From Planctomycetota bacterium (GTDB lineage: Bacteria > Planctomycetota > UBA1135 > UBA2386), in the NCBI GenBank assembly GCA_965228735.1, contig OZ245838.1:4736001-4800000 (forward strand): a stretch of 64,000 bases of DNA. Direction: 5' to 3'. Shown here piece by piece: positions 47,758 through 57,546 of this stretch. The notes beneath the pieces are model-generated. The model was not told the DNA's origin, searched no databases, and saw only the letters and a program-made list of their open reading frames with translations. Position 1 is the first letter of the stretch. Every line of letters begins with the position of its first letter. The translations under genes and the position numbers were made by a program.

Positions 47758-48355
47758 CGTAGATGAGGACGAGAGTGTGAAAGACGGATCAAGTGTGTCG
47801 CCGCCCCCCGATGCGTTTGGGGAGAAGGTCAAGTGGCCAGCGGGCTACGAACAGGACCTTCGAAAGGTTGGCTCATGGTCGCTGGACGGGCTGTTTGGCC
47901 TGACGTCTATCGAGGCCTTTAGCGTTTGTTGGGATTGTTCGTTGGCCGTGCCCCCCCAGAGCGGGGAGATGGTCACTTTTCACGCGACGCTGTATGGTAT
48001 GGATGCGGAGGTCATAGAAGTGGCGTCAATGCGACAGGTAAACGGGATCGTTTTTGGCGATGGATCCGAGGCGCTAGACTGGATCCCGGTTCGGAAACGG
48101 GGCAAGGGGCGTTTGAGGTCCATCGGAAGTGATCCGCGGTGGGTGGATCCAACGAACGCGAATTGGCCAACATGCGAGGGCGAGCCGGCAGTCTTCGTAG
48201 GCGATGTCGATGTGCCACCGGACGACGATCGTTTGGGCGGGTTTCGGGTCTACATGTTCCTGGGGCAGAAGAATGGCGATAGGGTCGTACCGAAGGTGCT
48301 GATCGAGGACACTTCTCAGCAGACGGCCGACGAGCACTACCGGCTTGAGGATTGA
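47741..48355 (+). CDS. Putative cytoplasmic immunity protein for the HNH tip
   Basis: Overlaps the toxin end; no signal peptide; start uncertain. Confidence 0.65.
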   Translation: MALVGSVDEDESVKDGSSVSPPPDAFGEKVKWPAGYEQDLRKVGSWSLDGLFGLTSIEAFSVCWDCSLAVPPQSGEMVTFHATLYGMDAEVIEVASMRQVNGIVFGDGSEALDWIPVRKRGKGRLRSIGSDPRWVDPTNANWPTCEGEPAVFVGDVDVPPDDDRLGGFRVYMFLGQKNGDRVVPKVLIEDTSQQTADEHYRLED

Positions 48356-48635
48356 GTTCGGCGTTGGGTGTCTTGTCTCTAGTGCTTACTGGACGCTCGG
48401 CAGGGCCACCGGGAGAATCGAAACGCACCGCAATGCGCCGCTGGCTTAGGCGTCTGAACGCGGATCAGCTTCGCGCCCTCTGTCGGATGGGTAGCTGGTC
48501 GTGAGGGACGGCCGACGAACGACAGGATCGCGGCGACCAGCCGTGAGTTCCGGCGCCACAGTCATCGCTTTCCCCAACCCTGGCAGAGAGCAGGAAAGGC
48601 AGACCGATGACCGATTCGCAGATTGCGACCGGGTG

Positions 48636-48820
48636 ACTGTGCAACAGAGTGTGCAACGCCCCCGGTCACACCCTGACACGGTCTGGCACAACGTGGCACG
48701 ACGGCGCGCCGCTCTGATTACCGCATCGCCCGTCACGTGGCGCAGATAGGCACGATCTGGCACTACCTGTCACTCCCTGGCACGACCCGGCGCTCCGTCT
48801 TCGAGTCCTGCAGGGCCTAT
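48636..48820. repeat. att arm plus core 2 (homologous to 10924-11108)
   Basis: GTGCAACAGAGTGTGCAAC; 10-bp-phased TGGCAC hexamers; core at 48800-48819; offset 37712. Confidence 0.88.
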
Positions 48821-48879
48821 TCACTTGCGGCTTCGGCCAGCGCAGGTCGGCGGAGGCCGTGAGCGGTCGTAAGCGACGG

Positions 48880-50169
48880 TCAGCCACGGTCTCCGCCCTC
48901 CGCCACCCCATGCGACTTCGGTCCCGACAGGCCAGTGTCGGCCGGCGTGAGACGATCGCTAGCTGTCACCAGAGCTGTCACACCTGAACCGAGCAGCATG
49001 GCGAGCTGAGCCTGCCCAGCGACGAGGTCGTGGTGGTTGAGCTTGGTGTAGACATCCATCGTGATGCGCACGTCGGAGTGTCTGAGCAGCTTGCAGGCCG
49101 TCTGCACCGGAACCCCCGCACGGGCGAGACTCGTCGCGTAGGTGGTCCTCAGCGCGTGCAGGTCAAGCTTGAGATTGTCGGGGACCCGAATGCTGGCCCA
49201 GCGTGCGTCGTCCCGCAGTCGGTCGGGAATCGCGTCGGGCATTCGCACGACCCGGTCGTCGGGGTTGGGCATCCGCCCGGTGCGTTCATGCACGCGGCTG
49301 AGGTGGTTTTGGAGCAGCGTTGCTGTGTCTTGGATGAGCGGCAGCGTGGCACCTCGACCGGACTTTTCGACCTCCGCCCGGATCGTCACCGAAGGATGTT
49401 CGCCGAGTCTGAGATCCGACCACCGCAGGGTCTCGATCTCGCCGCGCCGGAGTCCGCTCGTCGCGGCCAAGGCGTAGATCACCGCCCGGCACCGTCCCTC
49501 GAACGCGAGGTCGGCGAGGAGACTTGCGGGAGCGTTGGGGTGCCTGCTCCGGTAGCCCTCGACCGGGCGCTCGACGGCCGCCGACAGAAGCATCGGGATC
49601 TGCTCCGGTTCCAGTGCGTAGCGCACGACCTTGGCATCTGCTGGCTTGAACACACGGGAGAGGCTCTGCAAGGGGTTCCGAGGTAGTCGGTCGGTTCTGA
49701 CGAGCCAACGTCCGAACTGTTGGCCGAGCGCCGCGTAGTGGTCGCGAGTTCTCGCGGAGGCGCCATCGTCGAGCAGCCTTGCCAGAGCCTCTTGTGCTGC
49801 CCCGAGTCGGTAATCCGAGAGTTGGTGAGCGGCCATCAAGCTGAGCAGTCGAGTCAGTCGAGTCCGCGTGATGCTGACGTAACGCTCGCTGCGGTTGTCG
49901 GCTTCCAGTGACCGCACGAACGCCGCGGCAAGATCGCTCAAGTTCTCGCGGCACTCGGCGCTCACCGGGTCAGGCAGCCCGGCCTTCCGGCGTTCGACTC
50001 GGAGCAGTTCACCGGCCAGCGCAGCCTCCGCGACGCTCTTGTCTGCGGACACGCGCCGGCCGATTCGGCGACCGCTCTCGTCCGTCCACTGAATGGAGTA
50101 GGTGTCCTCTCGCAACCCGTCGCGGGTCTTGCGCTTGAACACCGAACCTCTCGCTCTCTTCTGACTCAT
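48880..50169 (-). CDS. Tyrosine integrase 2
   Basis: Start MSQKRARGSVFKR; GLRRGE, EKSG, HALR, RHSD...DVY; AGCTGTCAC arm-like repeats at 48961/48973 in its 3' end. Confidence 0.95.
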   Translation of the reverse strand: MSQKRARGSVFKRKTRDGLREDTYSIQWTDESGRRIGRRVSADKSVAEAALAGELLRVERRKAGLPDPVSAECRENLSDLAAAFVRSLEADNRSERYVSITRTRLTRLLSLMAAHQLSDYRLGAAQEALARLLDDGASARTRDHYAALGQQFGRWLVRTDRLPRNPLQSLSRVFKPADAKVVRYALEPEQIPMLLSAAVERPVEGYRSRHPNAPASLLADLAFEGRCRAVIYALAATSGLRRGEIETLRWSDLRLGEHPSVTIRAEVEKSGRGATLPLIQDTATLLQNHLSRVHERTGRMPNPDDRVVRMPDAIPDRLRDDARWASIRVPDNLKLDLHALRTTYATSLARAGVPVQTACKLLRHSDVRITMDVYTKLNHHDLVAGQAQLAMLLGSGVTALVTASDRLTPADTGLSGPKSHGVAEGGDRG

Positions 50170-50176
50170 CTCGACA

Positions 50177-50395
50177 TCACCGCTTCGTTGGCAGTTGAGC
50201 GATGGCTCGCCGGACTTCGTCGAGGACGAACACTGTCCGTCGCCCGAGCTTCCTCGGTGAGGGGAGCTGGCCCCGGTGAACCATGCGTTGGAGTTCTCGC
50301 CGCGAGATCCCGAGTAGCGCCGTGAGATCGTCGTAGCTGACGAGGAGGGGCTCGAAGCGTTCACTCTCGGAGCCTGTCAGAGGAGGTATCGACAT
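50177..50395 (-). CDS. Excisionase / AlpA-like HTH
   Basis: LTALLGISRRELQRMVHRGQLPSPRKLGRRTVF. Confidence 0.85.
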   Translation of the reverse strand: MSIPPLTGSESERFEPLLVSYDDLTALLGISRRELQRMVHRGQLPSPRKLGRRTVFVLDEVRRAIAQLPTKR

Positions 50396-50524
50396 CGGAT
50401 GCAAGTCAGAGGTGGGTTGTGACGCCCACAAAACCTGCATCAGCGCCGGGATTCTGCCCCGAGCACCTGCTAGCAGCTTGTCGCAGCTTCTCGGCGACCC
50501 AGCGGATTCTCCCGGGCTGCCCGC

Positions 50525-51331
50525 CTACGTCTGCGACGTCAGCAACCCGAAGACCTGCCATCCGAGTGCAGTCAGCGAGAAGGACGACCCCTTCGTCTTC
50601 GGCGGGTCCTTCGGGATCAGATCGTGCTTTCGCAGCCGGCTCGGCATTCCTTGGGATGTCGAGACGTCGATGTCGAGGTGGTTCGCGATGGCCTGATGGC
50701 CGATCTCGGTCTTGCCGAAGTTGAGCAGTTCACCGAGCGCGACAACCCATGCTCGCTCGGCGGGCTTGAGCGAGGCGGCCACATCGCTGGCGGGTGGGGC
50801 TTGGGTGATGCCGCGGGCCTTTGTCGAGATCGGGATGGAGGCAAGTTCGGCTAACGCGTGTGCGCGGACTTTCGCTACCAGATCGTGCGTGACGTGTTTC
50901 TGGATTCCCGAACGAATCTCGTCGGCAACGCCCTGGGCACCGTCAAGGCGGAGTTCATCGAGACCCCAGTGATCTGGGACCCGAACTAGCCTGACGGGCG
51001 CTTCACGATCGCGAATCGTCAGATGCGAGAACCAGAGCATCGCGAGCACCAAGCCCATCGCTGCTTCTACACCGCACGGCTCAGTTGGACTCCCGATCGG
51101 GCCGGCAGAGTGCGCGCGAGCAAGCCGCACGACCTTGGGGTCGGGTTCTGTTGCCGCCAGTTCGAGGAGGGCGTTCAGTGTCGCTGCGACTCTTGTCGCG
51201 TTGGTTGTGGGTGATGCGCTCGATCCAGCGGCGGACTTGGGAAGGAGCCACCGGGTCGTGATGGTGAAGTCGCGAACCCACTCCTCTGTCGCTGTGATGG
51301 CGGCTGCGGTGACTTCGGAATCGGACGACAT
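50525..51331 (-). CDS. Protein with C-terminal winged helix
   Basis: GHQAIANHL...RLRKHDLI...FSLTALG; same position relative to xis as 21031..21606. Confidence 0.65.
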   Translation of the reverse strand: MSSDSEVTAAAITATEEWVRDFTITTRWLLPKSAAGSSASPTTNATRVAATLNALLELAATEPDPKVVRLARAHSAGPIGSPTEPCGVEAAMGLVLAMLWFSHLTIRDREAPVRLVRVPDHWGLDELRLDGAQGVADEIRSGIQKHVTHDLVAKVRAHALAELASIPISTKARGITQAPPASDVAASLKPAERAWVVALGELLNFGKTEIGHQAIANHLDIDVSTSQGMPSRLRKHDLIPKDPPKTKGSSFSLTALGWQVFGLLTSQT

Positions 51332-51700
51332 GACTGGTTTGACGGCGCTGATGACGGAGCTGTTTCTTTCATCGGCCGGACCCCGACCCAGTCTTTGCTG
51401 GACGGTTTGGGCGAGGATCGCGACGGGAGCGATGAGACGTCTGGCCGTAGACAGAATCCCGCTGAGCCAGTGCGTGGCTTCGCTCTGTCACTGCGCGCTG
51501 ACCTGCAACGCAGCGCGCAAGAGAAGCCACTGAAGGAGTCTGGTTCGAGCCGTCGGGGTGACCCTGCCGAGTCGTCTAGTCTAGTCGTTTCAAGGGTAAG
51601 CGGCCGATAGCCCCTACCTCACGCGGCAGCGCGCGGCTCGGGCCGTCGCTCAAACTCCGGAAGCTGATCGAGTAGCACCTAGCCGCTATCCTCGGCACGT

Positions 51701-52339
51701 ATGAGGGTGGTTCTCAACGACGACAAGCAGGGTGGCCTGGGGATCCCCTATGGCTTCGAGGACGAGCGCCGGTTCTGGAACCTGCGCCGGTTCCCGGATC
51801 TCATCGACCGAGTTCCAGAGCTGGCAGAGGACCCCGGCCTCCTCAGCTTCGTTCGATCGGTGAACCTTCCTGAAAGCCGCTTCGCCACGCTTGGATGCCA
51901 AGGTTGGACGAAATCACTCGATTGGAAGGACAGCTGGATCGATCGATTATGCGGTGCCTATGTTGACGTGAGCGGGGATCGCATGGAGCTGATCTCGCGG
52001 GAGAACTATGTCGTCGTCCAACAGGCCCTCGCCGAGCGGGGCCAGGAGATGCGACATGAGGACGAATCCTCGGATCTCACCCAGATTGAGGTGGAGCCCC
52101 AGCGAGTCTCATTCAACGACCTTCGCGTCAGCGGATGGGTCGGCACTTTCTGGGTGCTCGGATACGGCAACACGGATGATATGGCGCGCCACTACCGCGA
52201 TCGCGGTCTAGAAGAACTTGCCGCGCTCCTGGAACGAGACTCGCGCAGCATTACTGAATGCCACGGCCTCAAGGGCACAAGAATCTTCGAGCGCCTGACC
52301 GACAACGGTAGTGGTGAAGAAGTGGCCTTGGAGATGTAG
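51701..52339 (+). CDS. Hypothetical protein
   Basis: Protein-like 212-aa ORF; no family recognised. Confidence 0.65.
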   Translation: MRVVLNDDKQGGLGIPYGFEDERRFWNLRRFPDLIDRVPELAEDPGLLSFVRSVNLPESRFATLGCQGWTKSLDWKDSWIDRLCGAYVDVSGDRMELISRENYVVVQQALAERGQEMRHEDESSDLTQIEVEPQRVSFNDLRVSGWVGTFWVLGYGNTDDMARHYRDRGLEELAALLERDSRSITECHGLKGTRIFERLTDNGSGEEVALEM

Positions 52340-52342
52340 CGA

Positions 52343-52819
52343 GTGTTCTGGAACCAGCCGGGAGTCCCGCACAAGGGGTGGACGTGCATCGGGGTCGACG
52401 ACGTTCGCGATGGCGGCACGATCTCGGTCGAGGAGACGGACTACGCGATTTGCGAGATGTGCGGGAAGGAGCAAGTGCGCTTCGTTCACAACATGGTCCA
52501 CGACGACTACGCCGACACTCTCCGGGTCGGGTGCGTCTGCGCGGGCAAGATGGAGGACCCCTACGCGGCGGAGAGACGCGAGAAAGTGGCTCGGAACCGC
52601 GCCAGCCGGAAGTCCCGCTGGCTCTCGCGGCGTTGGCGAGTGTCGGCCAAGGGGAACGACTTCCTCAACGTCGACGGCCACAACGTCGGCGTCCATCGTA
52701 AGGGGAACGGTTGGGGGTGGCGCATCGGTGGTGACTTCGGGAGGAAGGCCTACCCCACCGAGGACGAAGCCAAGCTCGCGCTATTCGATGAGTGCTGGGA
52801 ACGGTTCTGGGCGGAGTAG
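52343..52819 (+). CDS. Putative Zn-finger conserved hypothetical protein
   Basis: PGVPHKGW...CEMC...VH...VGCVCAGKM. Confidence 0.7.
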   Translation: MFWNQPGVPHKGWTCIGVDDVRDGGTISVEETDYAICEMCGKEQVRFVHNMVHDDYADTLRVGCVCAGKMEDPYAAERREKVARNRASRKSRWLSRRWRVSAKGNDFLNVDGHNVGVHRKGNGWGWRIGGDFGRKAYPTEDEAKLALFDECWERFWAE

Positions 52820-52824
52820 AATCG

Positions 52825-52965
52825 GGCCATGCGGGCCTTGATGAGGTAGTTGTGTTCGTTCCACTCGTTCGTCACGACCAGATCCTTCAGGATCTCGATG
52901 CCGAGCTGATCGACTGGGCGATCACGCACGGTTCTGACGCGGTCCAGGGTCAAGCCCAACAACCC
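52825..52965 (-). pseudogene. Possible gene remnant resembling the N-terminus of TIGR02391-family proteins
   Basis: LLGLTLDRVR...PVDQLGIEILKDLVVTNEWNEHNYLI, then loses protein-like character; family recalled from memory. Confidence 0.25.
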
Positions 52966-53103
52966 TGTGGCTGATTCCCGGCCATGATCCCACCGGTTCG
53001 ATCGACCTCGTTCGTCGGTCAGCGAGTCCACAGTTGATGAACCGTGCTCCGTGGCTCGACCGCCGCGTCGCGTTGGAACTGACTCACGAGCAGGCGACGA
53101 CCA

Positions 53104-53778
53104 TCAGAGGAGGAGCAACGACACCTGCGCAACTCGGTCAACTTCGGCACCAATTGCCGAGACGAGGTTGATGCACTCCTGGGCCTTCGGGCGTTGGATC
53201 TGCGGGCTCTTCCCCTGATGCACGATCGCGTGCCGGTTGTCAGTCCACTTCTGGAGCTGGTCAGCCGGCTTGGTCCAGGTCGTTTCCAAGGCGCTCCAGA
53301 CGGTCTCGGGCTTGCCGCCGATGCGCTGCACGGCTGTGGACACCCCCTTCGGTCCGTGATGGCTCACCTTGTTGTAGAGATGGTCCGCCAGCGCCTCATG
53401 CACTCTGTCGCGCTTGGCACTCGCAGACGGTAGCAAGGCCACCTCCAACGATAGCGTCGGAAGCTCCTTCTGGATCTTCGCGAGGAGATCGCGAACGTCG
53501 GATGTGGCCTGCGCGCCTTCCAGGATCTGGAGGAGAACTTCCGCCGAGACATCGGAGAGGTAAGCATCAAGCGCACCAACCGCGAAAACCACTGCCGCGC
53601 GCGGAAGTTCGCGGGTCGGAGTTACAGGAGCGCCGCGTTTGCCGCCTTGGAACTCCTTGTGGAGTTCGAGGAAGTAGCCGGCGCGTCTGCAGTTCGTGTC
53701 GAAGGTCTTCTTGGCGGAGGTCGATCCTTCTGAGGTCGGCTTCTTCCCCGCCCGCTTTTTGGGCTTTTGGGTCATCAT
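53104..53778 (-). CDS. HEPN-domain protein
   Basis: RAAVVFAVGALDAYL N-terminal helix; R-x4-H motif RHAIVH. Confidence 0.8.
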   Translation of the reverse strand: MMTQKPKKRAGKKPTSEGSTSAKKTFDTNCRRAGYFLELHKEFQGGKRGAPVTPTRELPRAAVVFAVGALDAYLSDVSAEVLLQILEGAQATSDVRDLLAKIQKELPTLSLEVALLPSASAKRDRVHEALADHLYNKVSHHGPKGVSTAVQRIGGKPETVWSALETTWTKPADQLQKWTDNRHAIVHQGKSPQIQRPKAQECINLVSAIGAEVDRVAQVSLLLL

Positions 53779-53814
53779 CGGTCTCGTCTGCCGGCTCCCT
53801 CGCGAACCACGTCA

Positions 53815-56124
53815 CTACAGCGACGGTGGAGCCACTCCACCTGCGAACTGTGTGAACTCAATCACTCTCGTGGCGTAGCGCTGAAGCTCCTGAGAGTTCA
53901 CGTTGGTGATGTTTTCCTGCCACTGCTCGCTGCCGCTGTGGTGAAAGCGGTTCGCGTAGTTTCGGAGCTTGTCGAGTTCCCGCCATCGCTCATCCGACAT
54001 GACGCGATCGCCGTTCGCTGCTGCGTTCTTGGCGCGATCTAGAAACTGGCCGAGCAAGGTCCCCGGCGGGCAGTGCTCGTTGAATGCGATCCTGACGAAA
54101 CGCTCAAGCACCATTCGGAGTGCAGGAGCGACTCTGTCTGTTTCGCCCCTGCCCGTCTTCGCGAACCCCCGCACAAGCTCGTGGTTTCGGTCGTATTCGT
54201 CGATCGCCGCTGAGTCGATGTCCCATACCTCGATTGTTGACTCGTTCGCTGCTGCGTTGCAGATGGTAAGCGCCGAAACACCGCCCCCAGACTGATCCCG
54301 CAACTGGCAGAGAAGCCCAGCAGAGTGCGAGAACACGACGACCTGCTCAGTGCGTCCGATCAGATCGACGATCTCTTCAACTGTGGATCGAGTGCGGTGG
54401 TCGTCGAGACTCGAAACAGGGTCGTCGAATACCACCGTCGCATTCGACAAGTCGGATCGCTCCTCTAGCTGGACGAAGAACATCGCGAGAGCAAGTGTCG
54501 TTCTGTCCCCACAACTCAGCGCGGTTCGGAATGAGGGCTCCGGCGCAGCGTCTTTCTTCAGGCCGAGGGGCACGCGGCCCTCGTTCACTCCGATCTGATA
54601 CTGCGAACTTGCGCCACCCTTTCCATCGAAGGAGCTGAAGTCTTCGAGCCGAAAGTCCGCGTTGAACTTCCGAAGGAAGGTGTTCACGGAGGCTTCGTAG
54701 CGGCGAAACGCCTTGGCTCGATGCTCGTTGAGGCTCTCCCGGACCGTCTTCTTCTCCTTCTCGGCATCGCTGAGCGCCTTCGAGGCGTTTAGGTAGTCGT
54801 TGCACAGGCTTGCTACGTCTCCGCTGAACCGACGCTTTGTCGCTTCAAGCAGTGCGAGGTGTGCCTTCTCTTCAGCGAGGTTGCCATGCTTCGCCTTCTC
54901 TCTTGCAAGCTCGACCCTGTTGTTCAGCGCGAGGAGCTTGGACGCGGTCTCACTGACCCGCTCGCTTAGTGCGTGATATGCATCGACGACATCTTGCTCT
55001 TGCCCCGAAAGAGCCCGGCTGTCGAGTGGCGCTTTCGCCTTCTCATCGAGGGCAACAGCCAGCGTGTCTCTGGCCGCCTTCCAGGTCCGCTCCAAGTCCT
55101 CGGTGTCGATCTGGAACTCAGGGAGCTTGAGGTATCTTGACCAGAACGAATGTCGTTCCTTCGCTGCCTGGAGCGTGCGGTGAAACCTCGCCAACGCGTC
55201 TCCTCCAAGCGCGTGGTTGAGGGCGGATCGAGCGTCGCCGATTCTCTGCTTGTGCGCCTTGTAGGCATCCGAGAAGTAGCTGCGGTAGTGCCCGATGATG
55301 GACGCATCGGCAGAATGCTGCCTGCAGAACGGGCAAGCGTTCTCCTTGCCGAGGAAATCCAAGCCCTTCGATGTCCAGTCCTCGCTGCCTGAGCCCAATG
55401 CCGCAAGGTGGGCGCTCACGGCTTCCAGCGCCGACGATTCGACTTTGGGGAGAGAGTCTTCCAAGACCGAATGTGCTTCAGTGGGTAGGACGGGGAGGCC
55501 CAGGGGTCCAAACCCTGGAGTCTGTTCCACCTTCTGGGCCTCTTGCAGCACCTTGACCCCTTCCGAGGCGGACGTGATCTTCTGCTCGATCCCGTCCAGT
55601 TCAGGCAGCGCACAGAAATCCTTGATCGAGTAGTCCCCAAGGATTGCGGGAGTGAGCAGCCTCTCGGTCTTGCCCTGCTCCTCTCGTAGGCTCGATATCT
55701 TCGCGGCGATGGAATCGACCGCATGGGCCAACGTGACGCCATCCTCACCAATCACCAAGCCATGCAGTTTCTGTCTGTGACCGGGGCTCACCTCAAGGCC
55801 GGAATAGACATGCGTGTCGGTGAAGTGATCGTCGAAGACGAGCACCTTGGGTCCGGCTTGGTTCCACTTGCTACCATCGAAGGCGCATTCTCTGCCATCT
55901 GACTTCACGACTGCGGTGGCCTTGCCAGACCCGGGAATGCGACGACGCTCAAGGATGGGATCGGGGAGTCCTGATGTCAGCGACCTCAGGATTGCGCACA
56001 AGGTTGTCTTGCCGCGACCGTTCTCAGAGTAGACGAGTGTGACCCTCTTGAACTCTGTGCTCGGCGTTCCCGTGTGGTGCGCATAGCGCCCCACGTTCTT
56101 GATGTGCTTGAACTGCTCCAGCAT
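53815..56124 (-). CDS. RloC-like SMC/ABC ATPase (AAA_13) with C-terminal HEPN
   Basis: ENGRGKTT, CPFC zinc hook, LSCGD, VVFDDPVSSLD, FSH, RNYANRFHH. Confidence 0.85.
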   Translation of the reverse strand: MLEQFKHIKNVGRYAHHTGTPSTEFKRVTLVYSENGRGKTTLCAILRSLTSGLPDPILERRRIPGSGKATAVVKSDGRECAFDGSKWNQAGPKVLVFDDHFTDTHVYSGLEVSPGHRQKLHGLVIGEDGVTLAHAVDSIAAKISSLREEQGKTERLLTPAILGDYSIKDFCALPELDGIEQKITSASEGVKVLQEAQKVEQTPGFGPLGLPVLPTEAHSVLEDSLPKVESSALEAVSAHLAALGSGSEDWTSKGLDFLGKENACPFCRQHSADASIIGHYRSYFSDAYKAHKQRIGDARSALNHALGGDALARFHRTLQAAKERHSFWSRYLKLPEFQIDTEDLERTWKAARDTLAVALDEKAKAPLDSRALSGQEQDVVDAYHALSERVSETASKLLALNNRVELAREKAKHGNLAEEKAHLALLEATKRRFSGDVASLCNDYLNASKALSDAEKEKKTVRESLNEHRAKAFRRYEASVNTFLRKFNADFRLEDFSSFDGKGGASSQYQIGVNEGRVPLGLKKDAAPEPSFRTALSCGDRTTLALAMFFVQLEERSDLSNATVVFDDPVSSLDDHRTRSTVEEIVDLIGRTEQVVVFSHSAGLLCQLRDQSGGGVSALTICNAAANESTIEVWDIDSAAIDEYDRNHELVRGFAKTGRGETDRVAPALRMVLERFVRIAFNEHCPPGTLLGQFLDRAKNAAANGDRVMSDERWRELDKLRNYANRFHHSGSEQWQENITNVNSQELQRYATRVIEFTQFAGGVAPPSL

Positions 56125-56443
56125 CCGTCAGCCTCCCGGGCTCCTTTCCGATCGCTCGTGACTCTCCTCCAGCCCGCGCATCGAGTTCGGCAGTGCGAAG
56201 ACTCGACGCGCACCTTATCGCAGGGATCTCGATGGCGAAATCATGTCCGTGGTGCGAGCCAGACAGCCTGGAGAAGGCTGAGCGGAAGTGATCACCAACG
56301 GGACGGAGGACGCTTCAGGCTCTGCCGATCGCTTGCTGGTCCGCAGATCGTGTGGTTGTGTGTCCGTGGAGGCCGTCCATGGATTTGTAGATCCACGGTC
56401 AGCAGAGCACCGCAAACCGGCATAACACCGGGAGTTCAGCCCC

Positions 56444-57142
56444 CTGAAGCACAAGAACGCAGTCAGCTACCTCCGCGTGAGCAGTGGCGGCCAGATCGAC
56501 GGCGACGGGCTCGATCGACAGAGAGATGTCGTGGCTGCCTACGCCAAGAAGACCGGGGTCGAGCTGGTGGCGGAGTTCGTAGACGCGGGCGTTTCGGGCA
56601 CTCTGGCGCTGGCTGACCGACCGGGCTTGTCGGAACTGCTGGCCAAGATCCTCGGGAACGGGGTGCGCCTCGTGCTCGTAGAGAAGGCGGACCGGCTGGC
56701 GCGCGACTTGGTCGAGGGCGAGTTGTTACTGCGGGAGTTCCGGCGCGTGGGCGTTTCGGTCATCGAGGCCGAAGGCGGAACCAACCTGAGCGAAGGGGAT
56801 GACGCGAATCCCACGGCCAAGCTGATCCGGCAGGTGCTCGGCGCAGTGGCGGAGTTCGAAAAGAGCGGGTTGGTTCTGAAGCTCCGAGCGGCACGACGGC
56901 GAGTGAAGGCTGAGCGTGGCCGCTGTGAGGGAGCAGTGCCGTTCGGCGAACGCGAAGGCGAAGCTGGTGCGCTGGAGCGGCTAATCGTGCTCTCGCGGAA
57001 ACCGCGAAGCAAGCCGCGTCGATCTCTTGCCGAGATCGCGGCCTGCATGAACGAAGAGGGGTGGCCGACGCGCCGAGGTGGGCCGTGGTCGCGATCGACG
57101 GTCCAGGCCATCCTGCAGCGGCGGAGAGGCAAGGGCAAATGA
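56444..57142 (+). CDS. Serine recombinase (resolvase/invertase family)
   Basis: AVSYLRVSSGGQ, DAGVSG, DRPGL, DRLARD. Needs a CTG start at 56444 (in-frame TAA at 56423). Confidence 0.9.
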   Translation: MKHKNAVSYLRVSSGGQIDGDGLDRQRDVVAAYAKKTGVELVAEFVDAGVSGTLALADRPGLSELLAKILGNGVRLVLVEKADRLARDLVEGELLLREFRRVGVSVIEAEGGTNLSEGDDANPTAKLIRQVLGAVAEFEKSGLVLKLRAARRRVKAERGRCEGAVPFGEREGEAGALERLIVLSRKPRSKPRRSLAEIAACMNEEGWPTRRGGPWSRSTVQAILQRRRGKGK

Positions 57143-57175
57143 CACTGTGTCACGCATGATGGAGGTGCCGGTCGA

Positions 57176-57541
57176 ATGTGGTTGGTGACGAGGCTCGGGA
57201 TGTTCAGCGTTGTTCTCGCGGACTCGGTTCCCGGTAGCGGGCGCGCCGATCCGGACCAGATGATGGTCCGTGCTCGGGCGCGGGATCACCTCGTGGCGCT
57301 TCAGGCGGAACACGGATCCCTCGCGCCCTTTCCAATCGTGGAGTCAGCAGCGGGGCTCGACTATCGATGGCGGATCATCGCGCCGAAGACGGAGGTTGTT
57401 GCAGCGATCGCCTCCCTCGTAGACGGGATCGACTACCGCAACTTCAAGCGCGCTGCCGGGCAGAGTCGATCGGTGGTCGGTGACGACTACATCACCGCGC
57501 TGCACGCGGTTTGGGCGGAGTTCCGGCGACTGCAGGATTGA
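57176..57541 (+). CDS. Conserved hypothetical protein (phage/island type)
   Basis: GGAGG RBS; MW...GMFSVV...MVRAR...DYRWR...IDYRNFK. Confidence 0.75.
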   Translation: MWLVTRLGMFSVVLADSVPGSGRADPDQMMVRARARDHLVALQAEHGSLAPFPIVESAAGLDYRWRIIAPKTEVVAAIASLVDGIDYRNFKRAAGQSRSVVGDDYITALHAVWAEFRRLQD

Positions 57542-57546
57542 GCCCG

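Larger units (their letters stand above)
11088..48819. mobile_element. ~37.7-kb tRNA-targeted integrative, satellite-like element
   Basis: Bounded by identical 20-bp cores; contains int/xis/primase/helicase, a terminase-small-like gene and ParB-MTase; no capsid or T4SS genes seen. Confidence 0.8.
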
